NCBI GenBank assembly: GCA_951406725.2 | Contig: OX597826.1 | Coordinates: forward strand, 32,178,001 to 32,242,000 | Direction of reading: 5' to 3' | DNA: 64,000 nucleotides | Source: Octopus vulgaris | Lineage: Eukaryota | Shown here: positions 14,020 to 26,418 of the stretch, in pieces | How the letters are laid out: the number at the start of each line of letters is the position of its first letter | Position numbering within the stretch: the stretch's first letter is position 1 | Program-made: the position numbers and the translations under genes | Notes under the pieces: generated by a model | The model's input: only the letters and a program-made list of their open reading frames with translations | Database searches by the model: none | What the model was told of the DNA's origin: nothing

Positions 14020-14397
14020 TTATTTGTTACAGTCGTTTGACTGTGGCCATGTTGGAGCATCACCTTTTATTCAAATAAATCGACCCCGGGACTTATTCTT
14101 TGTAAACCTGGTACTTATTCTATCGGTCTCTTTTGCCAAACTGCTAAATTATGCGGACGTAAACATACCAACATCAGTTGCCAAGCGATGGAGGGGGGGA
14201 ATACAGACAGAGACACACACAAAATTATATACCTATATATGACAGGCTTCTCTCAGTTTCTGTCTATCAAATCCACTCACAAGGCTTTGGTTAGCCTGAG
14301 GCTATAGCAGAAGACACTTGCCCAAGGTGCCATGCAGTGGGACTGAACCCAGAACCATGTAGTTGAGAAGCAAGCTTCTTACCACACAGCCAAGCCT
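14020..14397 (-). mobile_element. SINE family A, near full length
   Basis: Reverse complement: ggctgtgtggtaagaagcttgc...ggttcagtcccactgcatggcaccttgggcaagtgtcttc...ccaacatggccacagtc. Confidence 0.85.
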
Positions 14398-14400
14398 ATG

Positions 14401-14434
<34 letters not shown>

Positions 14435-14496
14435 TATATTCTGCATGCATTTGTTTCTAACACAGAATATATATGTGTGTGTATCTGTACATATAT

Positions 14497-14697
14497 GTGA
14501 CCCCTCTGTCCGTCATTCGCCATGATAGATCACTAGCCACTAAACCATTTTTATTTTTTCTCCTTGTTTATTTCTGTGTTCCTTTCTGTTGAAGAGCATA
14601 GGCTCAAAACGTAAAAGACTTTCTCACTTCCTGAGCATTAAAGTAATACATCTGTTTGTTGTTTACACACCCGTGTTTGTCTTTTTTGTGAATTTCA

Positions 14698-14699
<2 letters not shown>
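14497..14699 (+). mobile_element. Short hammerhead-bearing element, family H2 (Penelope-like/retrozyme)
   Basis: Homologous to 30924-31112 and 48902-49100; motif cttt CTGTTGA a gagc atag gctc AAAA CG TA aaag at 14582-14617 (G12 mutated to A). Confidence 0.7.
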
Positions 14700-14737
<38 letters not shown>

Positions 14738-15968
14738 TAAAACTTACTTGGAAATGGATACGTGGTGTTTGATCATATAATGATATAAATAATATATATA
14801 TATGCATATATACATACATATATGGACATACCTACATATATATGTATATATATATATACATGCATATATGGGTACAGGACATCAAAAAAACATGAACAAA
14901 ATGAGAAATGAGAACATAAAAAGCAAAAATAGAAAACAAACTGTTTTTTTGAACAACGAAAAAACAAATAGAGAAACGAGACAGGCAACATAAAAAACAT
15001 TCCCTTCATCAGTTGTCCCCTGATTTATCTACTCCACTTACAAAAAGAATAAAGGCAATCCAATTAATTTTATCTGTTTACGAAAGGGCCATTATTGGTG
15101 GGCCATATGGTGTTTTATTTCTATCTTCTCCTATATACATGTACGCACACACACACACACTCTCTCTCACATGCACACATACACACTCGCACACAACACT
15201 CACATGCGTGTGCACGCATGAGCACACACACATGTTAAGGGCATGATTATGTACTAATTTGATAATTTCCAATTCATATTTAAAACAGTCACATAGAGAC
15301 AAATTGTTTAACCACAGAAATGAGGATCAGTGAAATAGAGTTTACTTGCCTGGTAACATAAAGAGGGAGATTAAACAAAAACACCTACCAACCCTGCCCT
15401 CATAATCCCTAAAGCAAAATGGATACAAACTACATGACAAATTATAACAATAAAAGACAATAATAATAAAAATAATAATAATAATAACAATAATAATAAT
15501 AATAATAATAATAATCTTCTCTTCTATTGGCACAAGGCCTGTAATTTTTTTTGGGGGGAGGGTATGCTAGTCAATTATATCCCCCCCCCCCAATGCTCAA
15601 ATAGTATTTGTTTTATTGTCCCTGAAAGGAATGGAAGGTAATGTTGACCTTGGTGGAATTTGAACTCAGAAAGTAAAGCTAGAAGAAATGTTAAGCATTT
15701 CGCCCTGTGTGCTAACAACTCTGCCAGCTTGCCATTTTAAGAAACTGATAACAACAACAATAATAATCCTATCTACTGGAAGCACAAGGCCTCAAATTTT
15801 TGGGGAAGGGATTAAGTCGATTACATCGACCTCAGTATGTTACTGATACTAATATTTATCAGACGAGTAGTCATGATGGGTATACTGGGCTTCGTATATT
15901 TTACCCCAGTGTCACTTTGATGGTGTGCACTGCTCTCTCACTCAATAACAATAAAAATAATAATAATG

Positions 15969-16026
<58 letters not shown>

Positions 16027-16431
16027 TCCTTTCTACTAAAGGCTCAAGACCTGAAATTTAAGGGGCAGGACTAGTCAATTACAACGACCACAGTGACTGG
16101 TACTTTATTTATCAATCCTGAAAGGATGAAAGGCAAAGTCGACCTCGGCAGAACAATAATAATAATCATAATAGTAATAATAACAATAATAACAATAATA
16201 ATAATAATCCTTTCTACTGTAGGCACAAGGCCTGACATTTTTTTTGGGGGGGATAATCGATTACATTGACCCCAGTGTTCAACTGGAATATATTTTATTG
16301 ACCTTAAAAGGTTGGAAGGCAAAGTCAACCTTGATAGAATTTGAACTCGCAATGTGAGGACAGATGGAATGTTACTAAGCATTTTGTCTCACATACAAAT
16401 GAATCAGCCAGTTCACCACTTTAAGAAAAAG

Positions 16432-16489
<58 letters not shown>

Positions 16490-16509
16490 TGATGATGATG
16501 ATGATGATG

Positions 16510-16560
<51 letters not shown>

Positions 16561-16562
<2 letters not shown>

Positions 16563-16835
16563 GATAAAAAAGGGATGTCAGAAACACCTAGACAATATCC
16601 CTGGAGAACCATGTCTCAAGGAAATCCAAAAGATTGTGCTAACAAGTACTGCCCACATCCTTAGAAAAACCCTATCAATGTAAATGTCTGTGTTGTATTA
16701 CATGGAGATATTTCTCTACTTCCCCTCCCCAAGCTTTCAGCTATATTTCAACAACTCTTAACCTTCACTTGCCCTAGGGCGCTGGGTGTGCCCCGGCAAG
16801 TGATTGCATCAAACATGCAGATTAAAAGTAAATGA
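16561..16835 (+). mobile_element. 5'-truncated R4/Dong-like non-LTR retrotransposon 3' end in (TAA)n
   Basis: Encodes KKGCQKHLDNIPGEPCLKEIQKIVLTSTAHILRKTLSM* (stop at 16683), which resembles the IQKxVLxxTAHILRK terminus of RLE-type elements; (TAA)n on both sides. Confidence 0.7.
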
Positions 16836-16836
16836 C

Positions 16837-16894
<58 letters not shown>

Positions 16895-17097
16895 TTAATG
16901 ATAATGGTGTCAAATTTTGGCACATGGCCTGCAATTTCATGGGTAAGTTGATTACATCAATATTTTATCGACCCTGGAAAGATGAAAGGCAAAGTTGACC
17001 ATGGCAACATTTGAACTCATAAGATGGTGACAGATGAAATGCAAACAACTCTGTCAGTTCACCACCATAAAATATATAATAGAGAAACAATTCTTAA

Positions 17098-17318
17098 CCC
17101 TTTTTATACCAACCTGGCTAAAACTGCCTCTGATTCTGTAGTACAAATGTCTTGTTTTCATAAGTTTTGAATTAAAATCTTCCGCCAAACCTTAGTCACA
17201 ATTCATGTTCCTAACACTAGCTGAATGATAACTAAGTTATTTTACTAAATTCTTTGTTATATTTAAAGTATGTGAAAGAAACACAGAGCATCTCAAAATA
17301 AATCCAGTGACGAAAGGG
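17098..17318. mobile_element. piggyBac-type MITE
   Basis: TTAA|CCCT ... AGGG|TTAA termini with a TTAA target duplication. Confidence 0.85.
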
Positions 17319-17349
17319 TTAAAATATATAATAGAGAAACAATTCTTAA

Positions 17350-17535
17350 CCCTTTTGATACCATCCTGGCTGAAGCTGTCTCTGGTTCTGTAGTACAAAT
17401 TTTTTGTTTCCATAAGTTTTGAATTAAAATCTTCCACCAAGCCTTAGCCACAATTTATGTTCCTAACACTAATTATATTTAAAATTAATTGAAAGAAACA
17501 CAGAGCATCTCAACAGAAATATGGTAATGAATGGG
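17350..17535. mobile_element. piggyBac-type MITE, tandem second copy with an internal deletion
   Basis: TTAA|CCCT ... TGGG|TTAA; homologous to 17098-17318. Confidence 0.8.
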
Positions 17536-18188
17536 TTAAGATAACAATAATAATACTATTAATAATACAATGATAAAACTTTGCATCTGTAACTGGGTAG
17601 TATTTGTTAATGTTTTTAAAAACAATAAAAGCAAGTATTTGCTTTCTCTGAGTTCAATGAAAATAATTACACAGGCCAAGTACAAAACAACTAAGTATGA
17701 ACTAATTGTTTAGAATTTTCAAAAGATAATCTTTCTTAATTAGTAGCCAGATTTGACACCGCTTAACGAGATAGTAAACTAAGATCAATCAGTAATTTCA
17801 CTGGAATACAGTTTAGTTGTAACATAAAAAAAAGCAGGTTAACATTTAAAAAGAAGAAACCAGTTGTAATTAGAAGATGAAATGAAATGGTTATTCGTTT
17901 GAAATATTTAAAATCGTGCAAAAATAATTCACACAGAGGTATTTTGAGAGAAAACCATTAAATAGTCTCTGACATAAATGAAGATGGACAGAATTCAAAG
18001 TTTAGCTATTGTATGGATATGTATTGTTAAGAGGCTTGTTTCTCAACTATGTGGCATCTTAGGCAAGTGTCCTTCTCTTGAACCCAGGGCTAACCAAAGC
18101 CCTGTGAGTGGATTTAGTGGATGGAAAATGAAAGAAGACCATTGCATCTATCGATCTATCTATCTATCTATCTATCTACTAACCGACA

Positions 18189-18219
<31 letters not shown>

Positions 18220-18224
18220 TTCTT

Positions 18225-18434
18225 TCAAAATGTGACCTCGTGTGTACCGTTGGCGATTTTTTTCCTCTGTCTTCCCTTCTCTGGATCTTTCCTTCTCCTA
18301 TGTTTCCGACGAAGAGCTCCGATTGAAATGTTAAACTCTCCTTCTTTCCTTCTTTCCTGAGCGTCCAATAATACTATATTTATTCCACGTCCTCGCGTTG
18401 TTGTGTTTTTTTGTACTTTCTTGTTTGGATTAAC

Positions 18435-18435
<1 letters not shown>
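18225..18435 (+). mobile_element. Short hammerhead-like element, family H3, in (TCTA)n
   Basis: gttt CCGACGA a gagc tcc gatt GAAA TG TT aaac at 18302-18336 (degenerate); shares cctgagc...aatac and a T-rich tail with family H2. Confidence 0.55.
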
Positions 18436-18477
<42 letters not shown>

Positions 18478-18501
18478 ACTATCTATCTATCTATCTATCT
18501 G

Positions 18502-18537
<36 letters not shown>

Positions 18538-19165
18538 ACTATAAGATTATCTCTTACTTGTTCCAGTCACATTAAACTGTGGCCATGCTGGGGCACTGCC
18601 TGAAGAATGTTAGTCAAGCAAATTGATCACAGTGCTTGTTTGTGTTTTAAAGCCTGGTACTTATTTCATCAATCTCTTCTGCTGAACTGCTTAGTTACAG
18701 GGACATAAACACACCAACATGGTTGCCAAGTGGTTGTGGTGGACAAACACAGACACAATGATACACACACACACACACACACCACACATGATGGGTTTCT
18801 TTCAGATTCTGTCCATCAAATCCCTTCATATGGCATTGGAGCAGCTTGAGGCGATAGCAGAAGACACTTGCTCAAGGTGCCACACAGTTTGTGTACACCC
18901 TTGTCTTCATATCATATAGTAATTACAAATGAGAACCAGAATCATTCAAGTGATGGTGTTTATATCCAGCCTTCCTTGCCATGGTAAAATATTATCATGT
19001 TTGGAAATAAATAAGGGTTGGTGATAGGAATGGCATCCAGCTGTAGAAAATCTGTTTGAACAAATCCTGTCTGATACATGCAACCATGAAGCATGGAAAA
19101 GTGGACATATAAGTGACGGTGATGTTAATGATGATGATGATGATAATGTTTTCTGTTTCTTTCAG

Positions 19166-19232
19166 AACATTGCTATTGAGAGAAATACATAGAGGAAGAA
19201 AAGAGCAGAAAATATCTGTTCCAAAAATCTCG
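19166..19232 (+). CDS. Candidate internal exon, unknown gene
   Basis: tgttttctgtttctttcAG acceptor, cg|GTAATT donor; one open frame, TLLLREIHRGRKEQKISVPKIS; no homolog recognised. Confidence 0.35.
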
Positions 19233-20764
19233 GTAATTCTTGTACATTGGCATTATAATCCCAATACATTTTATTGATGTATAGATTGAAAATAATCAAT
19301 ATTATTTGTTATTACCTATTGTAAAATGTTTCAGCACAAAAAAATAAAATATATAAAAAGAAAAAAAAATTGCATTATGTGATCAACTTAGTCTTTTCTC
19401 TGCCACGTCAATTCGACATATAAATTGCATTCTACTTTTGTCATAGAAATTTTAAAAAATAAAATGTCTTGGTCTGCTTGTAAAGAGTTACTGCTGTGAT
19501 GACTGTAAATTCATCCAATCACTCTCTCTCTCTCCCTCTTTCTCTCTGTCTCCTTCCTTGCTTTCTCTTTCTTTCATATGCTTTTTTAGATAAGACTTTT
19601 CAAATTTATATTTGGTTTAAATTTGAAGTTTTTAAGCTGTCTTAAAATTATGGAAAATTAAAATTAAAAAGAAAAAAGATTAACATTGTAAAAATAAAAA
19701 CAGATATGGTAATAATAATTATTTTATTGAACATAAACGAATCAAAGACAATCTATGTTCTATTTTTACCAATTGTGTTATTATTAGTACAATTCCATTG
19801 AACTTTCCCTCAAGATCTTGTTACAATTCTGAATTCAAAAATCAAAAATTTTTAAGAACATCCAATCAAAACACTTACGGCAGTTTGTCTTGGATTGCCT
19901 AAGAATAAATAATTTAATTTCAAAATAAAACCATATTATGAGATTAAATTGCATGTTTTGAACAGAAGGAATAAGAAAAAAACTATTCCAAAACATAACA
20001 AACTCACTTTGTAGCCAACTTCTAGATATATTTTGTATTGTATTCAGAACTTATGAAGAGGGGGAAAAAACATTGGATATATTTAACAGTTTGTTTTTAG
20101 TTTTTCTATTTTTCCATCAAAAATTGTATTTTCTTTAAGAGACTAATTCTAGTAGAATTGTATTATCTTTTAAAGGCAATAAAATATAATTAAAATATCA
20201 ATAAATGTCATACTAAAATGCTATTTTTTCGATATTATATCGTATATCAACTAAAGATTTATGGAGTAAACTTCGAGACAATTTACAGTCTTTTGCAGTT
20301 GTAATAAAGAAAGGAATTGTCTTTTATTTCAAAGTTGAAATGTTGATGAATGAATGATACTGGCAGATAAAACACTTTCGCGATAAAAATCCCCCTAGAT
20401 ATCCATTAAAATGTATCTTTAGCAAATTACCAGCCAAAAGTTCATGTTATACAGTGCCTTCTAAACTTGAAGAAAATTCTGAAAATTTTGTATCCCAATT
20501 CTCTCAGAAGCCTTGAGAACCCTAAAGACTCCAAAACTTTTCTAATCTAGTCATAAGGCCCAAAATGTTTGGAGATGGGGGTGCCAGTTGAGTAGATCAA
20601 CTGGTACTGAATTTATCGACCATCAAAGGATGAGTTGACCTAGGTGGAATCTGAACTCAGAATGTAAAGACAGACGAAATACCGCTAAGCATTGTGCCCA
20701 GCATGCTAACGATTCTGTCAGCTCACCACCTTCTAAAGACTCCAAAACTGACCAGGATATGGTA

Positions 20765-20900
20765 ACAGAAGGAAGAATGTAACTGATAGGTCATGCCATG
20801 TCACTAGAATACAAGTATGCAAAGACAACCTTAGTATGGATACCAACAAAAGTAAGGAGATGACTAGAAAAATCGTGGGTCATATGACGCTATATTCTGT
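20765..20900 (+). mobile_element. Ancient RTE-like LINE C-terminal remnant
   Basis: Reads RRM*LIGHAMSLEYKYAKTTLVWIPTKVRR*LEKSW, resembling the WIGH...ALxWxP...GRP..W motif. Confidence 0.4.
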
Positions 20901-23068
20901 TGCAGTACTTGAAGGCAGTCACCAAATATTCTGAGAAAACATAGACGAACCTGTAGCACAACCAACAAAAAACACTGAATGCAAAATCTCTGCTTGATGC
21001 ATAAACAAGTATAGAAATGGACTGACTGACTAATTCATCAAAACATTATTTATTAAGAAAATATACACCATAATGGAAAGTCTGCTCAAATATCTTAAAT
21101 GATTCACTTATTTACAACGTTGAAGCAAAATCTGTGCTTAGAAATTAGTCTTATATTCACAAACAACATCTAAAACACTTCTCCACTATTGAACTGTCTC
21201 TTCTCATTACCATTTTAAAATGTCTTATAATGGCATCATTTTTTAAACAACTAATTCTATGCAAACTGTCTGATGCATTTACCATACTTCCACCCACCAT
21301 TCTTTTGCTTTATGTATCGATTCCATACCAAACACTCTTTTTTCTTATATTTTCCACTTCGTTTTGCATTCTCCTCAAAACAAACTAACCTTCATTAACT
21401 TACTAAAAACATGAAATGTATTTGCTTCAGCCAACAGTTCCAACTTGCAGGTATGGCTGTGTAATTAAGAAGTTTACTTGGCAACCACGAGGATTCAGTT
21501 TCTAAGACATATGCATGTCATATGTCTTGGGTAACTGTCCTTTCCTGTCATATGTCAGCCCAAGCTTTGGTAACTGAACTTAGTTTCACAGAAACTGTGC
21601 CACATGGAATGTATATATTTCACTGATATATTTAATCCATCACCCAGGTACCTTTAGCAGAATCCAATCATTATTTACATTTGATGGGTATTTGTCCCCA
21701 TCTTGTTTGTTGCTAATACAACACTTCGGCTGATATACCCTCCAGATATTTAGATAAGAATAACATATATATACGTTCTTGATAAACTCATATTTATCCT
21801 TGTCTTTGCCTATAATTTATGGGTATTGTTTGCTTGCATATGCATGCCCATGGTTAAACATAGGTAATATACCGGTAGCGTAATGGGTACTTCTATCCTT
21901 TAGATGGTTGTTTTAAGCTCTAACTCAGCTAACCTTATATATATATATATAACATACAAACATACATACACATACATGACTGACTTCTTTCAGTTTCTGT
22001 CTACCAAACTCACTCATAAGGTTTTGGTCAGCCTGGAGCTATTATTGTAATTACAGACAAGAAATGATTTCATTTTCTCCTTTTCTTACATTGAAATTAA
22101 AGTAGCTGACATACGTAATAGGTCACTGAATATCATTGTAATTACAAATAAAAGACTAAGAAATGGAAAACTGACTTTTAAAAATATTTTCTGCAGATGA
22201 GCAAGTTTAAGAAAAAGGATGAGTTCCTGAAAGATTACAGACAAGAAACAGAGTGTAGTTTAAAGTTGTTGTTGTGCACACGGTAGAAACACCAAATAAT
22301 TTGAAATCAACAAACCTGGCATCTTAAAAAAGTTTCTTGAAGGCTGAATGATGTCCCCAAATCATTTTGATGAATTCAGTGGATTAGCCTCGAAGGCTGA
22401 AGGCACCTAAACTACACTTGGTTGTTTGCATGCATGCAGCATATGTATCAAGGGTAGTAAGTCCATAAGTACTCAAGGAACCAGGATAGCTGTGGATCAG
22501 AAAGAGAACAAAAAAGCAGACATTAATAAAAGTATCGATTTATAAATGATTATAGTAAAAGCATCAAACAAAATGTGTCAAACAAAATGCATCAAACAAA
22601 ATACATTAAACAAACACTTTGAATTCTTTTGGGGACATGTATACATGTGCATCAGATGCAGAAAACTGGTTGTAGTGTCAGCAATGAAAATTTTGACACC
22701 ATGTTACAAACAAATGTGAAGCTAACAGTCTTTGTGTGTTTCTGATTGGATAACTTATGTTTTCTACATTGCAATTGAATATACATTTACTTAAACATAT
22801 GTTTATATATTTAAAAGTACATGTATTAATTACTATAGTTCATAGATGAGAATCAGATATTCTCTGTATAGAATACACTTCATAGTGCTCAAGGGGTTTA
22901 GAATTGAGTGAGTGGAGAAGTTAATGAAAAGACAAGCAAGTTAGACAGGTCAATATACAAATGTATATTAGATACATGAAATACAGAACATGTTTACATA
23001 GAAGAGAAATGATATCAAGAATTAAAAGGGTTGAAGAAGAGTATTACAAATCCAATGATTTACATAAG

Positions 23069-23378
23069 AAGCACTCCGTCGGTTGCAACGACAAGGGTCC
23101 CAGCTGATACGATCAACGTGAAATTAACATGTAAGTGGCTGAGCACTCCACAAACACATGTACCCTGAATGTAGTTCTCGGGGAGATTCAGTGTGACACA
23201 GTGTGTGACAAGGCTGGCCCTTTGAAGTACAGGTACTACTCATTTTTGCCAGCTGAGTGGACTGGAGCAACATGAAAAAAAGTGTCTTGCTCAAGGACAC
23301 AGCGTGCTGCGGGAATTGAACTCATGATCTTATGATCATGAGTCAAATGCCCCTAACCACTAAGCCACGTGCCTTCAC
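23069..23378 (-). mobile_element. CORE-like SINE family C
   Basis: Homologous to 9068-9376 and 30252-30570; aatgatttacat repeated on both flanks (probable TSD). Confidence 0.85.
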
Positions 23379-24910
23379 AATGATTTACATTCATACTTTA
23401 TAAAAGAAAGAACATTTGTTTAGGGTTTTAAAAACTTTCATTCAGCAAGTGACTTCATCCAAGACTGTGTCTTGAATCAGAAGATTTTTCCCGTCAGTTT
23501 TAGCTTGATTTGATTTTAGAGTTTCCCATTTTCCCATTCCACAAATCTGTTATTGTTGAATACATGAGTTATATTTGTTACATAAGGTTCCTGTCACATT
23601 CCCTAAAAGCTATAAGGGCGACTGTCAAATGGCACAAGGGTCATTAGTTTATACCTGTATACCAAGTACTTACTGTGCCTCTGTAAACGATATTTTGATC
23701 TCATTGGTTTGACTGTTGTTGCCCCAGGTAAACATTGATCAGATAATTCTGTGCCATGCAGGTAATCAACCAAATGATGAAACCTGACACATAGGCCTTC
23801 CTTTCCATTTATACTCATGCATGTATTTGGATGAAGACCATGGGGAATATTCAAACCTGTAGAGCAGAATCACATTAGGTGTATCCTGGTAGTGTTAGCA
23901 TGTACTATCCCCACTGTTTAATCTATTCTATGTCTACTGTGTCTGAGGTGACAACAATGGAGGCAGACAAAGTGGACATCGTTGGGGCACAAAAATTACT
24001 TTGAAAGCCTTTACGAGGGTCACTTAGCTGCATAAAAAACTGATACTGCTTCAAATCTTCCATAAATACCACCCTTGTTTTCAAAATGATAACATTATCA
24101 AGATAAAGTTCTACAGGATAATGATACACTTGGAAAGAAGACAAGATGGTCACAGCTAGAATTTCAGTTAGAGGAAGAAATTTGATGCTCAGCTGTAAAT
24201 AGGTAACAAAAGCAGGTATAGTAGCAAGGGAAAATTGTCCAAACGATGAATATTTCATTAGCTTTAGTGCTATGCCTAAATTCTTCCATCGGAAGCTGAA
24301 AATGGCATGAATACTGTCAGTAATATTAGTATTTTTTCAGAAATATGCTTTGTATGCCAAAAACAGCATTCCATCAATTTCGGTAAAAGTTATGGGAATA
24401 ACAAATTTCAGATATTAATAATAAAATTGTACCCTGAAGCAATTTCACCCAGTCTTCTGAAGAAGAAAATTAAGCACTAACTGCAAACAAACATTCAGCG
24501 ACATGTTCAAATATTAATTTGGGATTGAATAATATCAGATGACAAGGCAGGACCCAAGTGGGTAATTTTTTTCTTTTTTTCGCTCCTATTAATGACAAAG
24601 AGGCTCACTTTTATCATAGATCAGTATTTACATTTCTACTGAAGTCCAAAATATTGCAGTTGTGACTTACTGCTCCGTATATTCTGTTTGATCAAATAAT
24701 GTTTCACATCTGCTTTACATCAAATAAAACAATGAGAATGCCGTTTTATTATATCCTTCGACATTCTAGGAACATCTCACTCACAACCTCAACAAAGAAA
24801 CTTAAATCTAAGCATAACAGAAAAAAAGGAAAAAAAAAATCAAAATGGAGACTTAATTTTCAGAACAATTATCTGAAATGCATTCCCACACATATGGTTG
24901 TAAGTATGTA

Positions 24911-24953
<43 letters not shown>

Positions 24954-24989
24954 ATATATATAAATGTATATATATATATATGTGAAATG

Positions 24990-25307
24990 GACAGCTTAAT
25001 GGTAGACTACCCAGCCGGCATCTGAGAGCCAGGGGTTCGAATCACATGGCTGTCTGTTAATAAAATTTTTCCATCTTATGAGGGCAATATCCGATTTTTC
25101 TGTTGTTTTCATGGCTATGCTGCATTTGAAATATTACTTTGATGGGTTATATAATTCATTTATTTATTATAAGCTCACAGCTGTTCTTGATAGTCATTTA
25201 GGTGCATTTATGGTTCATTCTTATCAACTGATCAATTGATCGGCTGAAAATATAGGAGACCAGCAGCCCAAAGTTATCTTCCTCAGAGCCAAAACAAATC
25301 TGCCTTG
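24990..25307 (+). mobile_element. tRNA-headed SINE-like element in (TA)n
   Basis: gacagcttaatggtaga A-box and ggggttcgaatc B-box, followed by a unique body. Confidence 0.55.
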
Positions 25308-25423
<116 letters not shown>

Positions 25424-25653
25424 TAATAGAAATATTAAAATTACTAAGTCTCTCTAAAAGAGATCACGGCAGCGTTCCTGGAAAATAATAGTTATCGCCA
25501 TACTAATATGGCATTCTTATAAAAATAAGAATAAAGCTGTTCGCTTATTAGCTCCATGAGGCCATCGCCTTAAGTTAGCTATTTGATACACAAACTGTAT
25601 CCATATAACCTTCGAACAAGGGAGGTCAGTCGCTCCACACTACTTGACCGACA

Positions 25654-25695
25654 GCTACAGACGCGTTTTGGGGTATTGCCCCTTTTCAATGTAGC
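25654..25695 (-). ncRNA. Second copy of the same hammerhead, probably inactive (G12A)
   Basis: Reverse complement: gctaca TTGAAAA gggg caata cccc AAAA cgcg TC tgtagc. Confidence 0.7.
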
Positions 25696-25935
25696 GTAGT
25701 CAGACCAGTAGGTGTCGCTTCTGACAATCTCTGTTCAAAGGTTTTATTTACCTAGTTTCATATTAGTATGGCGATAACTATTATTTTCCAGGAACGCTGC
25801 CGTGATCTCTTTTAGAGAGACTTAGTAATTTTAATATTTCTATTATTGAAAACAAGTGGATGTATTCCACTGAAACTAGGTAAATAAAACCTTCGAACAG
25901 AGATTGTCAGAAGCGACACCTACTGGTCTGACTAC

Positions 25936-25977
25936 GCTACATTGAAAAGGGGCAATACCTCGAAACGCGTCTGTAGC
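25936..25977 (+). ncRNA. Type I hammerhead ribozyme motif, U3-A8 core variant
   Basis: gctaca TTGAAAA gggg caata cctc GAAA cgcg TC tgtagc: stem I gctaca/tgtagc, stem II gggg/cctc, palindromic stem III ACGCGT, GUC cleavage triplet. Confidence 0.8.
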
Positions 25978-26200
25978 TGTCGGTCAAGTAGTGTGGAGTG
26001 ACTGACCTCCCTTGTTCGAAGGTTATATGGATACAGTTTGTGTATCAAATAGCTAACTTAAGGCGATGGCCTCATGGAGCTAATAAGCGGACAGCTTTAT
26101 TCTTATTTTTATAAGAATGCCATATTAGTATGGCGATAACTATTATATATGCATATATATACATATATATACATACATACATACATATATATATTTGCTA

Positions 26201-26418
26201 TGAGGGTGTGCTGAAAAGTTCCTAGTTTTAAGGGTATCATGAAAGGCCTGGTTGGAGGCTCAACCTTCCGAGTTCTTTTACAGGGATTAGAAAAACTGAA
26301 GGACTACTGCAATGAGTGTGTGAGTTTAAGAAGGGGAATATGTTGAATAAAATCATAATTAATTGATCTGTCTGTATTTTCTTTTACTCAAAGCCAAGAA
26401 CTTTTCAGCAACCACTTG
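26201..26418. mobile_element. Tc1/mariner-type MITE
   Basis: TA|tgagggtgtgctgaaaagttcct ... aagaacttttcagcaaccacttg|TA; homologous to 3911-4086. Confidence 0.75.

Noticed and set aside
14873-15045. CTGATGA on the - strand (ggacaactgatgaaggg) in a repeat-like segment
   Set aside because: No matching stem II, GAAA and NUH could be found, so a hammerhead is not supported
25215-25260. ctgatc-aatt-gatcgg hairpin followed by gaaa
   Set aside because: No CUGANGA-type core upstream of the hairpin; insufficient for a ribozyme call
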